Assembly: GCF_006345805.1 (NCBI RefSeq)
Contig: NC_042998.1
Location: forward strand, 682,001-746,000
DNA from: Octopus sinensis
Lineage: Eukaryota
Reading direction: 5' to 3'
Length of the DNA stretch: 64,000 bases
Shown here: one piece after another, positions 51,241 to 64,000 of the stretch
How positions within the stretch are numbered: the stretch's first letter is position 1
How the letters are laid out: each line of letters opens with the position of its first letter
Notes under the pieces: model-generated
What the model was told of the DNA's origin: nothing
Databases searched by the model: none
Seen by the model: the letters and a program-made list of their open reading frames with translations, nothing else
Translations under genes and position numbers: made by a program

Positions 51241-53099
51241 TATCTATATATGTATATATATAAAAGGTGATCTAAGTCACCTTACTGCTATTTTTAGCGT
51301 ACTGGTGCTATTTGTAGCACCCTTAATTATTAATATATATACCTTAAAAATTTAGGAGGCATCAGAGGTGAATATTTATTAACCACTTGACATCCATAGG
51401 GCTATAGATGTGTCGGAGCCTTCTTTATTATTATTACATGAAGAAGGCTGCGAAACGGCCGTACCCTAAGGTTGTCAAGTGGCTAATAAATATATTCCCA
51501 TTTTATACCTTGTGACTTTTGCAGTCCACTTTGGTTTCGGATTCAGTCCTACTCTATGGCCCAATGTATCACACAGTGTCACTGAATCCAAAACCAAAGT
51601 GAGCATCTTAAACTCAGAGGCATATCTGCCCCTTTTAACCACACAGCTGTGCCTGCACCAGGCCTTTTCTCTCTTGTAGATGAAATGGTGGTCGTGTTAT
51701 GAAACAGTGATCCTCAATTTGCATCAATCGATTGATTGATTACCAAATGAAATCGATTTAATTCAATCTGATATAAAAATGATAAAACATCTCAAAATGC
51801 ATGAATTTTGTGTTTGATTAGCTTCCATTACGGAGATTTTTTTCCTTTGGTAATTAATTTGCAGCCAAGAAGATTAAAACAAGTAGTATGCGATAATTAA
51901 GCTAATCGGAAAGGAATACTAGTCTCTCAAAACAACCAACGTAAAATAATTATTTTATATATCATGCATTCATGAAGCATATCATGCATTTATTAATTTA
52001 TTATGTATTCTTGTTTAATTGATTTCATTTTAAAAGTTTCATCCAAGCATGCATTCAATTTAAAGGTAATTCTAAATTTTACTGCTTAAATTCATGTCTA
52101 TTCTTTCGCCTAGTAAAACGTACAGGGCAAATGTAAGTCGTTTTCTAACGGCTCAATTTGTGTCACGGGATGCCATCTAATGATTCGTTAACTGTCCTTG
52201 AGCGAGGACCATCCTATCACGCTGCTTCAGTCTATTCAGCCGAAAAAAATTACCAACCAGCTGCTAGCGCGTTCCCCCTTTTTTTCCAGCAGTCAAATCA
52301 TCGATGTTCTACTGGGTTAAGGGTCGTTAGTCAGGGACAATAACTGCGTCTGGCCGCGACTAAGCAGGCACCTAATAAAAAGAGTGAAAGCATGGTACAA
52401 CGCAGTCATTGGATGAGAATGACGACTAATATACTCTTCGTATCTAGCAATCCTGAGATTTATTTTTGAAGGGGGAAAAAAGAGCAAGAAGAGAAGGCGG
52501 TACAGTAAAATAGAAAACGGAAAAGAATATGGAAATAGCGGAGAAAGAAAGTTAGAAATAAATATAAACAAACAAAAGAAGACAAATATGACATACAGTG
52601 AACTTGTGAGAAGGGGTAGTGTCAGGAGGAAAAGAGGAAGAAAATATTAGGAGTGGGGTGAAGAGAAAGGTGTATAAAAACAGCAGAAAGGAGGTTATAA
52701 AGAAAGAGGGAGGAGAACAAGTAGGAGGGTGTGGAGTAAAAGAGTAAGATAGAAAGTACAAGTCAACTAATACTGATATATTAATCAATTTACGAAACCT
52801 GCATGTGGCTCCGATTTCCAAAGCGTTACAATATTACAGGAAACGGAGCTTGGAGGATTCCGCTGTGACGTGTCTGTACGACTTTTCGTGTGACGTATGT
52901 GTGTGCATTTGTACGTATTTCGTAATATCAGACGGAAGTGTACTGTTTCATCTATTGACAATATTGTCCCTTGAACTATCATTCCGTTATTCAGTCGAGA
53001 ACACATCTACTGATGACGTTTCTCTCAAGATACACAAACTGGTAGGTTTAGTACCGTACTGAATCTCTTTCGTCATTATTAGAATTCAAACAAAAACGC

Positions 53100-53310
53100 C
53101 GGACAAACTAGACGCCGGACAAAATGCATAGCGCAATTTCACCCATCTTTACGTTCTGAGTTCAAATTTCACTGAGGTCGACTTTACACTTCCGTCTTTT
53201 GGAATCGTTAAATAAGTACCATTCAAGAACTATAGTCGATGTAATCAACTTCCCCTCCCCTCAAAAACTACTGCCCCAGGGCCAGAAAATTTGAAACTAT
53301 TATTAAGATT
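53100..53310 (+). mobile_element. SINE family B, degenerate
   Basis: TACGTTCTGAGTTCAAATTTCACTGAGGTCGACTT...AAATAAGTACC. Confidence 0.7.
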
Positions 53311-53451
53311 CAAATTAAGGAATATAGCAGTCATCTCTGTAAATGTCCCTTTAATTGGATAATCTCAATTGTGTGTGTGTGTGTGTGTGCGTGTGTGTAT
53401 AAAATTAATAAAAACACCTTTTTGCAACGGACTATATATATATATATATAT

Positions 53452-53645
53452 ATAGTTAATCCAAACATGAAAACACAACAACGCGAGGACGTGGAACAAG
53501 TCTAGTGTTATTGGACGCTCAGGAAAGGAAAGTAAGAAGGAGGATTTAACGTTTCGAGCGGAGCTCTTCGTCAGAAACAAGGAAAAGGAAAGATCCAAGG
53601 AAGGGAAGATGGAGGAAAAATATCGCCAACGATACAAACGCGGTC
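53452..53645 (-). mobile_element. Short non-coding PLE-type repeat with a hammerhead; second copy at 60782-60995
   Basis: TAGTTAATCCAAAC...ACGCGAGGACGTGGAACAA...TTATTGGACGCTCAGGAAAG is shared by both copies, each next to (TA)n. Confidence 0.7.
53545..53577 (-). ncRNA. Minimal type-I hammerhead, canonical core
   Basis: UUU CUGACGA A GAG-CUCCG-CUC GAAA CG U U AAA; palindromic ACGU stem III. Confidence 0.7.
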
Positions 53646-53646
53646 A

Positions 53647-54060
<414 letters not shown>

Positions 54061-55028
54061 CAAGCTGTCTGCTTGTCTATATCTCTATCAGTCTCACTAT
54101 GTATCTCTCTCTCTCTCACTTTTCTCTCTATCTCTTTGTGTGTGTATAAATGTGTGTATATATGCATGTGTGTATGTATGTATCTATCTATGGTTAAGTA
54201 TATGTATATATATCTATAATGCCAAATACAGCCATACATACATGCGCACACACACACCCAAACACACAAACGCACACACACACACACACATATATATACA
54301 CTCACGCACACAATCACATGCAAACACATACGTGTGGCTGAAGGGTGAGAAACAAAGATGGGGGAAAGAGGAGGCGGAGATAGATAGATAAAAGGACATG
54401 TACAGAGAAACAAATAGTATGCGGTGGGGTTGGGGAGTGAGAGAAAAAGGAAGAGAGAGAGAGAGACATAGACAGACACAGTCACACAGACAGAAAATTG
54501 GGGAGAAAAAGCTGTAGAGAGAGATAGACAGATATGCGTAGATGGGGAAGAGAGTATTTTTTAACCTGTTATTGAAAACGGAACAATGGTCCGGCTTCAA
54601 CAATATTTTATTAAAGCTATTTCATATTTCGTTATCAGTTCTTTACGTTATATTCAGAACAATAAACTCCTATTTCCATAAAAGTTTCAAGACCTTTACG
54701 GTTTTATCTATTCGATAAAATAATGATTTTGGTGGGAATTATTATTTCCGTTTCATTGTGAAGGAAAAATAAAGAGAAAGAAATTTCTCAATCGTTAGTT
54801 CGCGCGCAAAAATATTTACATACACCAGATACATACAAACGCTCATACATACGTACATACATATATGTGTGTTTATAGCCACGAGCATTCGCAAAAGCGC
54901 ACAGTCGTACACACATCACATACACAAATATTTGTGTATGTGTGCGTGTGTGTGTGGTGTGTGTGTGTGTGGTGTGTGTGTGTGTGTGTGTGTGCATGTA
55001 TGTGTGATTGTGTAGATTCTGGCAAACG

Positions 55029-55065
55029 ATATCCTTTTGCAAACTCACAAGCACAAACACGCACG

Positions 55066-55120
<55 letters not shown>

Positions 55121-55676
55121 GTGCCAAAGCGCAAGCACATACACAGACGGGCCAAAGCAATGCACACAGGGATACGCATGTATGAATGTGTACATATGTA
55201 CGTGTACATTTATGTGTATACGTATATATATATATATATATATATACACACAGACGTACAAGTATATGATATATATATACATATACAGGTATGCGTATAT
55301 ATATATATTTATGTATTTATTTATATATACATATACGTATATATGTATTTATACGCACACACACACACACACACGCACACACACACATACACACACGTAT
55401 ATATATATACATATATATATACGTGTGTGTATGTGTGTGTGTGCGTATAAATACATATATACGTATATGTATATATAAATAAATACATAAATATATATAT
55501 ATACGCATACCTGTATATGTATATATATATCATATACTTGTACGTCTGTGTGTATATATATATATATATATATACGTATACACATAAATGTACACGTACA
55601 TATGTACACATTCATACATGCGTATCCCTGTGTGCATTGCTTTGGCCCGTCTGTGTATGTTCTTGCGCTTTGGCAC

Positions 55677-55749
<73 letters not shown>

Positions 55750-55786
55750 CGTGCGTGTTTGTGCTTGTGAGTTTGCAAAAGGATAT
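55029..55786. repeat. About 760-bp near-spacerless palindrome
   Basis: Non-repetitive blocks such as CTCGTGCCAAAGCGCAAG...GGGCCAAAGCAATGCACACAGGGATACGC are mirrored; centre at about 55409. Confidence 0.92.
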
Positions 55787-55930
55787 GTATATATATATAT
55801 ATACACATATATATGTATGTATATATATACGTATATATGTATATATATATATATATCCATATATATATATATGTATTGATGTATGTATGTATGCATATAT
55901 ATATGTATTGATGTATGTGTGTGTATGTGT

Positions 55931-55977
<47 letters not shown>

Positions 55978-55979
55978 CA

Positions 55980-56685
55980 AAAGCGGGTATCTGAAATTAG
56001 GAGGGGAATGGAGAGCCTTGAAGATAACTCACGGTTTGGATGTCCTGCAACTGTCACTAACGAGGAAAACATTGATTGTGATCACCAGATGGGGCTAGGT
56101 GACAGGCGATTGAATATAACTCAAATGGTCAATGCTATTAATATATGCCGTAAGAGAGTTGAGAATATTGTGCACAATAAACTCGGTGAATACCATGTCT
56201 TCTGACACCTGGTCAAAAGTACAAAATCTGACACTGTTTGAGAACGATTCAGCTAGTTTCCTGGGACCTTTCCTAACTCAAGATGAGTGTTCAGTTGACC
56301 ACTTTGAGCGAGAAACAAAGAAACAATCCATGCAGTGGAAACATCCCTTCTCAACCGCTCCAAAGAAGGCCAAAGTTGTTTCAGCAGCAGGGGAGGCGAT
56401 AGTCTTAGTGTCTTAGGATGATAAGTCATTGCGTTCATCAACTATTTTCAAAAGGGCCGCACCGTTGCTTAGCCTCCCTATTGTCCCATCTGACTATTAT
56501 CTCTTCTCCAACAGGAAAAAAGTACTTGGCTGGGAACCAGTATTGCAGTGATGAGGACGTCATATCTGCTGTTGATAACTATTTTTGACCAAGAGGATGA
56601 AAACTTCTTCGCCAATGGGATCCAAGCTCTGCAACACCGATCGAAGAAGTATGTAGACCGCAAAGGTGACTATCTTGAAAAATAA
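55980..56685 (+). mobile_element. Degenerate mariner transposase with internal deletions
   Basis: [16 protein letters not shown]...DRRL, FLTQDECSVDHFERETKKQSMQWKHP and FFANGIQALQHRSKKYVDRKGDYLEK*. Confidence 0.88.
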
Positions 56686-56709
56686 TCCTCATTTGAATAT
56701 ATATATGTT

Positions 56710-56970
56710 CAGATGAGACGAAGGAAATGGAGATGGATCGGACACACACTGCGGAAAGAATCCTCAAATGTGACCCGACTTGCACTTGACTGGAACCCGC
56801 AGGGGAAAAGGAAGCGAGGACGACCGAAGCAGACATGGAAGCGGAGCATTTTGGACGAGCTCAGGCCCACCAGCCTGACATGGGAAGCAGGTAAGAAACA
56901 CACCAATGACCGCAAAAATTGGTAAACAACTGTTACGGCCCTATGCTCCACAAGGGGCAAAAAGGATTAA
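56710..56970 (+). mobile_element. RTE-clade LINE 3' end
   Basis: RRRKWRWIGHTLRK...ALDWNPQGKRKRGRPKQTWKR, followed by (TA)n. Confidence 0.88.
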
Positions 56971-56976
56971 GGAGGG

Positions 56977-57050
<74 letters not shown>

Positions 57051-57055
<5 letters not shown>

Positions 57056-57557
57056 GTCAAAATGAGGGTGAAAATATTGGATGTGTTTTCACCCTCATTT
57101 TGACTTTAATATAAATTAATATGTTCTCAAACCGGCGTAAACTACTGCAGTAAATTACTTATGCGGTATTTCTAGCCGGGAATTTAGCGCGCCAGAATGA
57201 GGGCATTTGAATGTAACTGTGAATATAATCGGCCGAACTGTTCGTCTCTCTAACCTCGTGTTAATATATGCCGTGCAGTTCGACAAATTATATTTTTGAC
57301 GTACTCCACTGAGGATTCGAGGATATTTATGTAAGTAAAATTACATAATTTATTAACGACGAAACAATTGTATGGGGTTAATCTATATTTTCGTTATTTT
57401 TCATTTGTCCTGCTCGCTTACGTTCTTGATGTGTTGAATTATTTCTTGAGAACAATTCTTAGTGGTGGATTCCCTTTGCGGATCTATATCTAGCGTAAGA
57501 GCGTCCACATAGTGGATTCTCTCTTATAGTTGTGTGTAATAGATATAATATATATAT

Positions 57558-57608
<51 letters not shown>

Positions 57609-58086
57609 GTCAAATGAGGGTGAAAATATTGGATGTGTTTTTCACCCTCATTTTGACTTTAATTATAAATTAATATGTTCTCAAACCGGCGTAAACTACT
57701 GCAGTAAATTACTTATGCGGTATTTCTAGCCGGGAATTTAGCGCGCCAGAATGAGGGCATTTGAATGTAACTGTGAATATAATCGGCCGAACTGTTCGTC
57801 TCTCTAACCTCGTGTTAATATATGCCGTGCAGTTCGACAAATTATATTTTTGACGTACTCCACTGAGGATTCGAGGATATTATGTAAGTAAAATTACATA
57901 ATTTATTAATACGAAAACATTGTATGGGGTTAATCTATATTTTCGTTATTTTTTCATTTGTCCTGCTCGCTTACGTTCTTGATGTGTTGAATTATTTCTT
58001 GAGAACAATTTTAGTGGTGGATTCCCTTTGCGGATCTATATCTAGCGTAAGAGCGTCCACATAGTGGATTCTCTCTTATAGTTGTG

Positions 58087-58088
<2 letters not shown>
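57051..58088 (+). mobile_element. Tandem duplication of a roughly 490-bp hammerhead-bearing unit
   Basis: 57051-57535 and 57602-58088 are near-identical and separated by (TA)n; each starts with a 21-bp-stem hairpin. Confidence 0.85.
57306..57375 (+). ncRNA. Type-I hammerhead, canonical core; damaged duplicate at 57860-57927
   Basis: CCA CUGAGGA UUCG...CGAC GAAA CAAUUG U A UGG. Confidence 0.72.
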
Positions 58089-58123
<35 letters not shown>

Positions 58124-58894
58124 ACTGTTTCAACTTTGGGTATATATCTATTAGTATGTCGATTAAAGGATGCTGAATAAAGATTCGTACAAAATCTGTC
58201 TTCTGTTTCCTTCATCAATTAGACACACACACACACACACACACACACACATTACTTGTGTGTTTATATCTCTCTGTCTCTCTGTCTGCCTCTCTCTCTA
58301 TCTGTGTGTGTGTGCATGTGCGTTGAAATATGGGACAAGCATATTTCAACTAGCCTAAATTCTGATTATCTATCTATCGATTTATATACATATATATATA
58401 TATACGCGCGCGCGTACACACGCACAAGCACACATATATGCATGTGTATACATACAAACATATATGAGTGTGTGTGAGTGCGCGCGCGCGTGCGTATGTC
58501 TGTGTGTGTTTGCTTGTGTCTGTGTGTTCACGCACGCGCCTGTGGTTACAAGCTTGACGTATGCACATGTGACTGTACTCAACGAATGGCGCGCTAACAT
58601 TTTCCCAGTTGGTTCGTTTAGTCAGTTGCCTTCCCCTTTTCTTTCTCCTCTCTTTTTTCATGTTGATCGTCCGTTATAAATGATCCTTGAGGCATTCATA
58701 AGTATGTTCAACTAGATTTATTCATAAATGCCTCTGAAGCTTGTGACCAATAAAATATCATCTTCACATTCCTCAACTATAAATGCAGGCGAGCACATTG
58801 TAATTTACCTGACTCACGTGACGCTAGAGCCAATTGTTTAAGCTGAATTTGTCACGCTGATGTCTATTTAAGCGCTCAGGTAAATACAGTCCTA

Positions 58895-58929
<35 letters not shown>

Positions 58930-59284
58930 CCATTAACTCTCCGAGAATTAATTATAGGGCTCTATTGCCTATGATAAGCTAATGCAGAAGTACCTCTCTG
59001 AGACTATCTGCATATATATATATATTTTTTTATATCTAAGCACCACTCTACGAAATCAAAGAAGGAAAAAAGAAAAAAACAGAAAAGGAAAACGCAGCAC
59101 GTGTGTGATCACTAACGCATCTACAACGCCGAAAATGGTACACAGACACTCACACACACACAGTAAATACACGCCTGCGTTCACACGTGCACGCTTATTC
59201 ACATACAAAAACCTGCACACACATGAAGTCTGCGCTGTTATTCTCTCGCACTGGACGTGTACGAATGTATATCTATCTTTTCTA

Positions 59285-59363
<79 letters not shown>

Positions 59364-59364
59364 T

Positions 59365-59600
59365 TATTTCTTTACTACCCACAAGGGGCTAAACACAGAG
59401 GGGACAGACAAGGACAGACAAACGGATTAAATCGATTACATCAACCCCAGTGCGTAACTGGTACTTAATTTATCGACCTCGAAAAGATGAAAGGCAAAGT
59501 CGACCTCGGCGGAATTTGAACTCAGAACGTAACGGCAGACGAAATACGGCTACGCATTTCGCCCGGCGTGCTACCGTTTCTGCCTGCTCCTCGCCGCCTT
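59365..59600 (-). mobile_element. Full-length SINE family B
   Basis: TATTTCTTTACTACCCACAAGGGGCT...CTCGCCGCCTT. Confidence 0.9.
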
Positions 59601-60314
59601 CACATCAACATCTGACGTGTGGTACAACGTTCATCTGTGCAGGCAATGTCAATCTGATGGAAGGTGCTGGAGGAGGACTGATGTACAGTACAAACATAGC
59701 TATTGATGTGAGATGCTCGGTAATGAAAATTGAATGAAAATTGAATGAAAATTGAATGAAAATTTTCTATTCTAGCTGTCCTTATGCCATTGATATGGTT
59801 TATGCCTGCAGGTCTGGAAAAGATGGTCAGTTCCTTATGTTACATCAAGAGCATCATGCACAGTCAATCTAAAGATTTTGGTAAAAACTATTCTTCCGTA
59901 TGCTAAAAATCGTTTGTACGAAAAATCGCGTACGTTTCTGTAAGTGACAGCACAGAATAATCAGGTATTTCTCTTGAGTAAGAAATTTGGCGATTTCGGA
60001 AGTGACTGTCACAATCTTTGGATTTCAATCCCGTGAAAAATTTATGGAAACGGATGCACATGAACAGTCATCAAACAAAATACAAGAATGTGTGTGTGTG
60101 TTTGCGCGTGTGTGTGTGTGTGTGCGCGCGCGCGCGCGTGTGTGAGGTGTTTTTGTGTATGTTTTGTGTAGTTTGCTTGACAAACGGTTTCGGTTTGTTT
60201 ACGTCCACATAACTTGGCGGTTTAGCATAAGAGACCGGTAGAAGAAGTACTCGGGTCGACTTGCTCGACCGAAACCTTGAAGGTGGCACTCCAGCACGGC
60301 CACAATCCAACGAT

Positions 60315-60781
<467 letters not shown>

Positions 60782-60995
60782 ATAGTTAATCCAAACAAGA
60801 AAGCACAAAAAAAAAACACAACGACGCGAGAACGTGGAACAAATATAGTATTATTGGACGCTCAGGAAAGATGGAAAGATGGAGGGTTTAACGTTTCGAG
60901 TGGAGCTCTTCGTCGGAAACATAGGAGATGGAAAGATCCAGAGAAGGGAAGACTGAGGAAAAAAATCGCCAATGGTACACACGCCAACGGTACAC
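60782..60995 (-). mobile_element. Second copy of the PLE-type short repeat; hammerhead with U4C at 60887-60919
   Basis: UUU CCGACGA A GAG-CUCCA-CUC GAAA CG U U AAA. Confidence 0.68.
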
Positions 60996-61114
60996 ACGCG
61001 GTCACACACACACACATACACACACACATACACACACATACATACAGATAGATAGATAGATAGATAGATAGATATTCATACATACACATACATACATATG
61101 TATATGTATGTGTG

Positions 61115-61148
<34 letters not shown>

Positions 61149-62304
61149 TGTATGTATGTATGTATGTATGTATGTGTGTGTGTGTGTATATTACTGTGTA
61201 GAGTTATGTTCTGAGTTCGAATACCGAAAATCCCCGCTTTTGCATTTCATCCTTTCTAGGTCGATACAGTAAAATCAGAATATATACCATTCCCTGGTCG
61301 ATTAAATCGGTTCTGTCCTCTCGCCAAGGGAGAAATCAATCTATATTTATATATGCATATAATGATATAATTTGAATAGATTAGTAGGTAAATAATAGAT
61401 TCATTAAATGCTAAGCTAGAGAGCCAGAAATAATAAATCTTTGGTAATGAATGTGTTTAAGACACTAGAACATTTGGGCTTCCCAGCTCTATTGATCTAT
61501 CGGTTAGATTTAGGAAAAGTTAAGAATAGAAAATTTCGATGAATTCGATATTAAATGCAATAACCAAACATATATTTCCTTTCTAGACGTCTGCTCTTTC
61601 TCACTCTCTCTACACTCTCTCACTCAATGGAAGCTCGAAAAATTTCCCTGAGCCTATACTAAGCCGACTACAGTGAATACACGGTCGTATTATTATATAA
61701 ATATACGTTTTTACGCACAACACACACTTATGCACGCATATACGGGCGGGCGCGCGCACACACACACACATACACACACAACCTGATGGAAGAAATGAGA
61801 ACACAATATGTGCGTACGTACATGTATACATACATGCACAACCATCTTCAAAATCAGGAAGGAGAAAGTTGATTCGAAGACTAGATTGGAACTGTAAAAA
61901 TCGCAAAACCTTCCAGAAGTTTATCATTTAAGTATATATGAACATGTCTCGATAAATAAAGTACCAGTTTCACACTGGGTCGATGTAATCGGCTTAATCC
62001 CTTTGTCTGTCCTTGTTTGTCCCCTCTGTGTTTAACCCCTTGTGGGCAGTAAAGAAATATATATATGAACATGCCCAAACATGCAACGATATGCGTCGAA
62101 AACCCATACATAAGACAAAACATAAAAATCTGAATATATACTTACACACACAGACACAAAAATACCCTGTTGTTGATGTTGAAATTCCTATGAAGGAAAC
62201 TTGGATCTAGGTTAGAAACAGGCTCTTTTCCTATTGGCAAGAAATCTTAAAATAAAACTGAATAATGACACATATTTACATACATATGACATATTTACAC
62301 AACA

Positions 62305-62485
62305 TCCCTTGACAACCAATGCTGGTGTGTTTACGTCCCCGTAACTTAGCGGTTCGGCAAAAGAGACCGATAGAATAAGTACTAGGCTTACAAAGAATAA
62401 GTCCTAGGGTCGATTTGCTCGATTAAAGGCGGTGCTCCAGCATGGCCGCAGTCAAATGACTGAAACAAGTAAAAGAGTAAATGAG
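62305..62485 (+). mobile_element. SINE family A 3' half
   Basis: TTGACAACCAATGCTGGTGTGTTTACGTCCCCGTAACTTAGCGG...GCATGGCCGCAGTCAAATGACTGAAAC; other 3' halves at about 21400, 37190 (minus) and 60170. Confidence 0.85.
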
Positions 62486-62497
62486 TAAAATAGTATA

Positions 62498-62536
<39 letters not shown>

Positions 62537-62550
62537 GGAGAGAGAGAGAA

Positions 62551-63175
62551 ATCTATTTGCCAACGTAAAGTGGCAGACCTGATTAGGACGATGTTACTAC
62601 CTTTTTTTAGCCCCAGGAAAATATCTTCTCCAGTTGGTTACCGACGCACAACTGCATCCTTATACCTCGGAAGCCAGTTAGAAAAGATATTTTCCTGGGG
62701 CTAAGAAACGTAGTAACATCGTCTTAATCAAAGCTGCCACGTTACTTTGGTAAATAGATTTTACTCTGTAGTACCAATATTACTTACATCTCACTCAAAA
62801 GTTTAAAGATGATTGTGCTCCTCTCTATGAGATCAGTGACTGTGTGTCACTTTAAAAGTATATACCTCGAGCAAGGCCTAGTGTTGCCAACGGCTATCCT
62901 GTGCCGATGAAGAGAAATAACCCAGAAACCAGGGTCCGCAAGTACCGTTTAAGGCTGAGTGCGGACATTAGCTCCCTTGTTCGAGGTATAAGGACGCAGA
63001 TGTGCGTCAATAGTCAGCTGGAAAAGATGTTTTCCTGGGGCTAAAATAAAAAAGGTACTATCATCGTCTTAATCAGGACTGCAACTTTACGTTGGCAAAT
63101 AGATTTTACACTGTAGTGGTGTTACTACCTACTTCTCACTCAGAGATTTAAAACTAATTGTGTTCCTCTCTCTCT
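62551..63175. mobile_element. Nested inverted and direct repeat unit with a hammerhead-like motif (PLE pseudo-LTR-like)
   Basis: 62551-62672 is inverted at 62984-63105 and partly at 62672-62760; 62672-62826 is directly repeated at about 63012-63175. Confidence 0.65.
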
Positions 63176-63231
63176 CTCTCTCTCTCTCTATGTATATATA
63201 TATATATGGAGAGAGAGAGAGAGAGAGAGAT

Positions 63232-63302
63232 GGCCAGATAACCGAAGAGATAGTTTTGTGGATTTCTACCTCGGCATCCGAAACTCAGAGTTTTATCTTG
63301 GC
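63232..63302 (+). ncRNA. Candidate type-I hammerhead, U4C core, damaged stem II
   Basis: GCC AGAUAA CCGAAGA GAU...AUCC GAAA CUCAGAG U U UUAUCU U GGC. Confidence 0.5.
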
Positions 63303-63498
63303 TATTGAATAATTGTCACATATTAATTTACAGATAAATTCCTCTATTTACATAATATTGAGGTCTCTTTCTTTCTTTTGTTATCTTACCGTTTTTACTA
63401 ATATATATATATGTAAGTATAAAATATACATTTATATATATATGTATGTATATATATATGCGTGTGGGCGTATGCACACACACACACATATATATATG

Positions 63499-63588
<90 letters not shown>

Positions 63589-63705
63589 AATATATATATA
63601 TTCTACAGTAAGCATTTTCATGAAACATTTCTGTCACAGGTCTCCGTTGTTTTGTCCACAATTTTATATCCTAATTTTTTTATGTAATAATACCAGCGTT
63701 ACTAA

Positions 63706-63860
63706 AGGCGGCGAGCTGGCAGAGTCATTAGCTTTACGTTCTGAGTTCAAATTCCGCCGAGCTCAACTTTGCCTTTCATCCTTTTGAGGTCGATAAAATA
63801 AGTACTGTTGAGTATTGGACTTTCTTGAACTTGCTCATCTTGTACCAAAATTTGAAATCT
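63706..63860 (+). mobile_element. SINE family B with an internal deletion
   Basis: AAGGCGGCGAGCTGGCAGAG...GAGTTCAAATTCCGCCGAG...GATAAAATAAGTAC. Confidence 0.8.
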
Positions 63861-64000
63861 AAATTTGTATAACTAATAACTACAGTAAGCTGTCGTCGGT
63901 CGCTTCTTAACTTTAATGAAAAAATTTAACCCCACAATTAATGAAAATTTCTCAGCCTATATTGTGTTATTTCCTTCGAGAAAGTAATGTGTAAACTGAG

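Noticed and set aside
53007-53046. CTACTGATGA...CAAACTGGTAG as a hammerhead
   Set aside because: G12 is missing and stems II and III are not convincing; at best a heavily decayed relic

Overview
AT-rich, microsatellite-dense animal intergenic or intronic DNA. The SINE families, (TA)n/(CATA)n load and TTAGGG motifs suggest a cephalopod, probably an octopus (inference, not a database match). I found no host protein-coding exon, rRNA, intact tRNA or CRISPR array. Interpretable sequence is almost all mobile DNA: R4/Dong-like, CR1-like, RTE and Tx1/L1-like LINE pieces, Helitron pieces, two Tc1/mariner remnants, a Penelope-like element (PLE), MITE/fold-back elements and several tRNA-derived SINE families. 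Best leads: (1) a 2.2-kb ORF1-only Tx1/L1-like retroelement with a 12-bp target-site duplication (TSD) inserted in a SINE head, with no ORF2; (2) about ten minimal type-I hammerhead ribozyme (HHR) motifs in short PLE-type repeats, including a covarying family and possible G3:C8, U3:A8 and U4C core variants; (3) a PLE with about 2.6-kb inverted arms reaching 2.2 kb past its ORF; (4) a Helitron carrying a LINE ORF1 fragment; (5) several near-spacerless palindromes. Single-base homopolymer frameshifts in the young elements suggest uncorrected long-read errors, so some duplications could be assembly artefacts. Boundaries of degenerate elements are approximate.
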